A stretch of 64,000 bases of DNA from Phoronis australis. Taxonomy: Eukaryota; Animalia; Phoronida. Location of the stretch: the NCBI GenBank assembly GCA_002633005.1, contig NMRA01000001.1, positions 2,334,933 through 2,398,932 of the forward strand, in the 5' to 3' direction. Positions 60,315 to 64,000 of this stretch are shown piece after piece. How positions within the stretch are numbered: the stretch's first letter is position 1; every line of letters starts with the position of its first letter. The translations under genes and the position numbers were made by a program. Below the pieces are notes generated by a model. That model had not been told where the DNA came from. It saw only the letters and a program-made list of their open reading frames with translations, and ran no database searches.

Positions 60315-61358
60315 TATTACTTGAAAAGAGATAAATAAGATGAACACAACGCTAACCGTGCGTTGAACTTGTAGCATCTCCTAAAAGTAGTTAAATATTA
60401 ACAATGAGATTTGATATTGTTACCGAGGAATCGGCGCCTGTGTTGCAGACGATATAATATTTAGCAACTGACAACTGACATATTACCAGTTTTGTACCAG
60501 ATATTACGTTTAGGGCCTGACTGCACGAGTGTTGTTTATTCTGCTGCAACTGTATTACTTTAAACTATATTCGGAAAGTTTGATGATCAAACCGGCCAAC
60601 GACGTCGAGTCGACACGACACGACCTACCTTTTGAACTTTCCATGTCAGAGGACACTGTTGAAATAGTGCGGGAGGTGAATACGGAAAACATTATTACAT
60701 GGCCGTATAGCACTTGAAAGATTCAACGCGTATGAGAAAAAATATATGAAAATTCGGTCGTTAAATGTTTCGTGAAGTAGCCCAGTAGGTCAAACGTATA
60801 TTGCAAAGAACATTATGGGGCATTGTGGTGAATTAGTNTATTACTTGAAAAGAGATAAATAAGATGAACACAACAGTAACCGTGCGTTGAACTTGTAGCA
60901 TCTCCTAAAAGTAGTTAAATATTAACAATATTTGATATTGTTACCGAGGAATCGGCGCCTGAGTTGCAGAAGATATAATATTTAGCAATTGGCAACTGAC
61001 ATATTACCAGTTTTGTACCAGATATTACGTTTAGGGCCTGATTGCACGAGTGTTGTTTATTCTGCTGCAACTGTATTACTTTAAACTATATTCGGAAAGT
61101 TTGATGATCAAACCGGCCAACGACGTCGAGTCGACACGACACGACCTACCTTTTGAACTTTCCATGTCAGAGGACACTGTTGAAATAGTGCGGGAGGTGA
61201 ATACGGAAAACATTATTACATGGCCGTATAGCACTTGAAAGATTCAACGCGTATGAGAAAAAATATATGAAAATTCGGTCGTTAAATGTTTCGTGAAGTA
61301 GCCCAGTAGGTCAAACGTATATTGCAAAGAACATTATGGGGCATTGTGGTGAATTAGT
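60315..61358. repeat. Near-identical ~520-bp tandem duplication (60315-60837 and 60839-61358) joined by a single N; probable assembly artefact
   Basis: The same 62-aa ORF appears twice; there are a few SNPs/indels; N at 60838. Confidence 0.9.
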
Positions 61359-61503
61359 GTCGGTCGTACTTATATGTATTACTGTCTAGCTCATTTACGT
61401 AGAAAGAGGGGAGGGTGCTACTTATTTGCCATCTCCACTTGCCTTGTGGACGTGAACGTCACCCAAGACAGAATTTGATTTCTCGATGTTTGGTTGGAAA
61501 ACG

Positions 61504-61615
61504 TGATGATGATGATGATGATGGTGATGATGGGGAAGAGGACGTTGATGACGAATATGCCAGTGATGATGAAGACCACGATCATGATGATGGTGATGAC
61601 AATGACGATGATGAT
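61504..61615. repeat. Degenerate (GAT)n microsatellite
   Basis: Directly visible. Confidence 0.9.
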
Positions 61616-63764
61616 CGTGTTCTATCCAACATTAAAAAACATGTTATGTTCCTACATTCTTGATCGACACGTTTCAGTGAAATTTGAAAAACTGAAAGGT
61701 CACCAGGTGAATCAATGTCAACAAACTAATACCATTTTATGGGTAGTAACACTTACATTAGTGTATAAATAGGCACTTGGTTACATTTCCAATAAAACTG
61801 TGCTACTCATTTCCCCCTGTTTGATCGACCACTTCCAGTTTGATGATTTATGAAACACCAACAAAGAATTGACAAATGCTATTAGTCGTCTCAATGTTTT
61901 ACTTAAAACTCTCACTTTTCGTTATATTAAATGGAAAGGCGACTCCTTATCATGCGAAACATTCTAGTTCAGCACGAATCGTGTTTAATTTCCATTTTAG
62001 CTCTGAAGTTATCACATAAATACTCCATAAACACTTACCTACTCTCCACCCGAATTGAAGTTCAGTAAATACCAAGTCGTTAACACATGAACAATCACTT
62101 CACGGCTCACTGGACCCTTTCTTGTTGTTTTACGGTGTCACCACCCATTGGATATTTGTGTGTGACCTCTATAAAGCGAACTTCACTGAATCAAGTCACT
62201 CAGCAGGATGTTGCCTGACAATGAGTTCGTTTGGGCGTGTACAAAATAATGTGACCACGTGACGTCTCTGTCAGGGGTGTGCTTGAATGAATCCAGTGAC
62301 AATACGTACCAAATTTAACCCTAAAAATGGCAACTCCCTTGTTTTCGTCAAGATTTTTTTTCATTTTTCACCATATCAAAATCATTGCCGAAAGAATTAT
62401 TTACTTATTTTTTCAAGGCCACGAAAACCATCACCTGTTGACTTTATGAACACCGAAGCAGGTGTTTGATTTAACATTCGTGTCATTAACTCAAACTCAT
62501 CAGATTCATACAGGGAGTGCTCGCTTCTCAGAAATAGGTAAATAGTGTAAAAAGCATGCACAGGCTGATACATGGTTTTCCGTATGAGCCAGGCTATTAG
62601 ACCTGAAATAAAACACTAAAGCGGCTAAATACCCTGCTTACGTCACGAAAACAGAGTTTGATTTAGGCCACTAGTACCTTTATGATATTTGTCTTTTAAG
62701 AATTTGAAAATTCTTCGTTAGTCAAAATGGGTGTGAGTTCTGGGCTTGGAAGGAGCTGAAGGTGTTATTGCTTGAGGCCAGACTCTTCCAGTTGACTTGT
62801 CACGGCGTGTCATTTTATTCGCCGAGTCTGGTCTCTCGAGCAATAACGAACTGTCAGTTCCTTGGAACACCAAAAATTACTTCTCATTGGAGTGAGGAGC
62901 ACGTTGATAACGGCAAGTGGTCTAAATCAAAACAAGTTTCTGTAACGAAGCGTGGGTTTATTCGTTCGTTAATACACTCGCTCAGATATCGTCAAAAGGC
63001 ATTACATCTAGGCATGTTGTATACATACACTTAATTACAATATAAAGACATGTACACATTCATGTGGAAATACAATAAAACTTGAAAATGCAATTTATCA
63101 TCTATTACTAGAGCAGAAAGTTATAAAAACCTGGAAAGAAAACAAGTCATTCATGAGATCCAAATGACAGAATGAGATTAGGACACCCTAGAAATTTGAG
63201 CTTGGTCGAGTTATTATGACGAGTTATTAACTACAACTACAATGACATGGCTGCTTGTAATTCAAGATGTCTCACTATCGAATACTTGGAAATATTCTAA
63301 AGAACAAATGGTTCTCCTTAAGCTGAAGTCCAGTTTGAAGACACATTTAACAAATTGTGCCCAACTTGACTGCATTTAAAAAACGCTGTTAAATTTTTGT
63401 TGAGCTCGCAATCTTATGGTGTTTTGAGATGCAAACTTTTGTCAGAGGTAATATCCGTAACAGGATCAGGGATTTTTAAGCGAAGAAATCGATTGAGTAT
63501 TTTCATATTGCAAAGTAACAAATTCCAGTTCATGGTGCATACAATGATTGTAACTTTCTTAGTCGGATGGAGGAATTCATGTTTAGTGTAGTTCTCGTGT
63601 TACATAATAATCAAATGGTGTTTTTTGATATCTTGTGGATTTTTTGAAAATAGTTTACATGAGTAGATGGACACATGAATATACGATACGTCTGCCTGAT
63701 AGTTTGCCCCAGATCAAACATTTGAGTACTTTGTGACTGTATTCAAGCCTTTATGTGTATACCT

Positions 63765-63950
63765 AAGCAGCTTGATAATAAAGATTTTCGAGATGATGGA
63801 CTGAGAGAACTAACGTTATTAGATTAGCAAATTTTGAGCCTGGAAAACAACTGGTTTGAGGGCGGTGTAAAGAAGACTTTTTGAATCTAGGCCTACAAAT
63901 CCTTCCCTGAATAACTCTGGATGAGCGAGATCCAATCTGGAGAGGGCATT
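63765..63950 (+). mobile_element. Degenerate Penelope-like element, GIY-YIG C-terminal region
   Basis: Translation QILSLENNWFEGGVKK..., then after a frameshift NPSLN, resembling the ILxxExxWFERGVKEAI...PSLN motif of PLE endonucleases. Multiple stops. Confidence 0.4.
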
Positions 63951-64000
63951 CACTCACTACCCAACAGAGGTCGCGTCAGTACAGTTTCACAAGAAAGAAA

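Noticed and set aside
60315-61358. Recent gene duplication (two identical 62-aa ORFs)
   Set aside because: The copies are joined at a single N with allele-level differences, typical of unmerged contig overlap, and the ORF has no coding hallmarks.
61415-61772. Poly-Asp and poly-Met ORFs
   Set aside because: By-products of the (GAT)n microsatellite.

Overview
Eukaryotic, intron-rich, repeat-rich DNA (roughly 37-38% GC by eye, two N gaps). It most resembles a marine invertebrate; this taxon call is inference only. No prokaryotic features, CRISPR arrays, rRNA or tRNA genes were seen. Best-supported gene: a complete 9-exon AHSA1 (Hsp90 co-chaperone Aha1, 340 aa, + strand, 5048-14947) with a heat-shock-element-like promoter. 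Its introns appear to host several H/ACA-type RNAs; one has a pocket complementary to the U2 snRNA branch-site region around U34. Other genes: a possible divergent minus-strand receptor-like gene or pseudogene at the left edge; an intronless 367-aa orphan ORF; a 2-exon secreted PAN/Apple + TSP1 mini-protein; an intronless repeat + pseudokinase gene broken by stops; and a tandem pair of signal-peptide-less SUSD3-like Sushi-TM genes with identical exon architecture. The rest is largely mobile DNA: hAT-like MITEs with 5- and 6-bp TSDs, a Kolobok/THAP fold-back element, an L1/Tx1 LINE remnant, Helentron-associated-like repeats, a SAP-domain element remnant and a Penelope remnant. All gene models and RNA folds were derived by hand and need computational confirmation.
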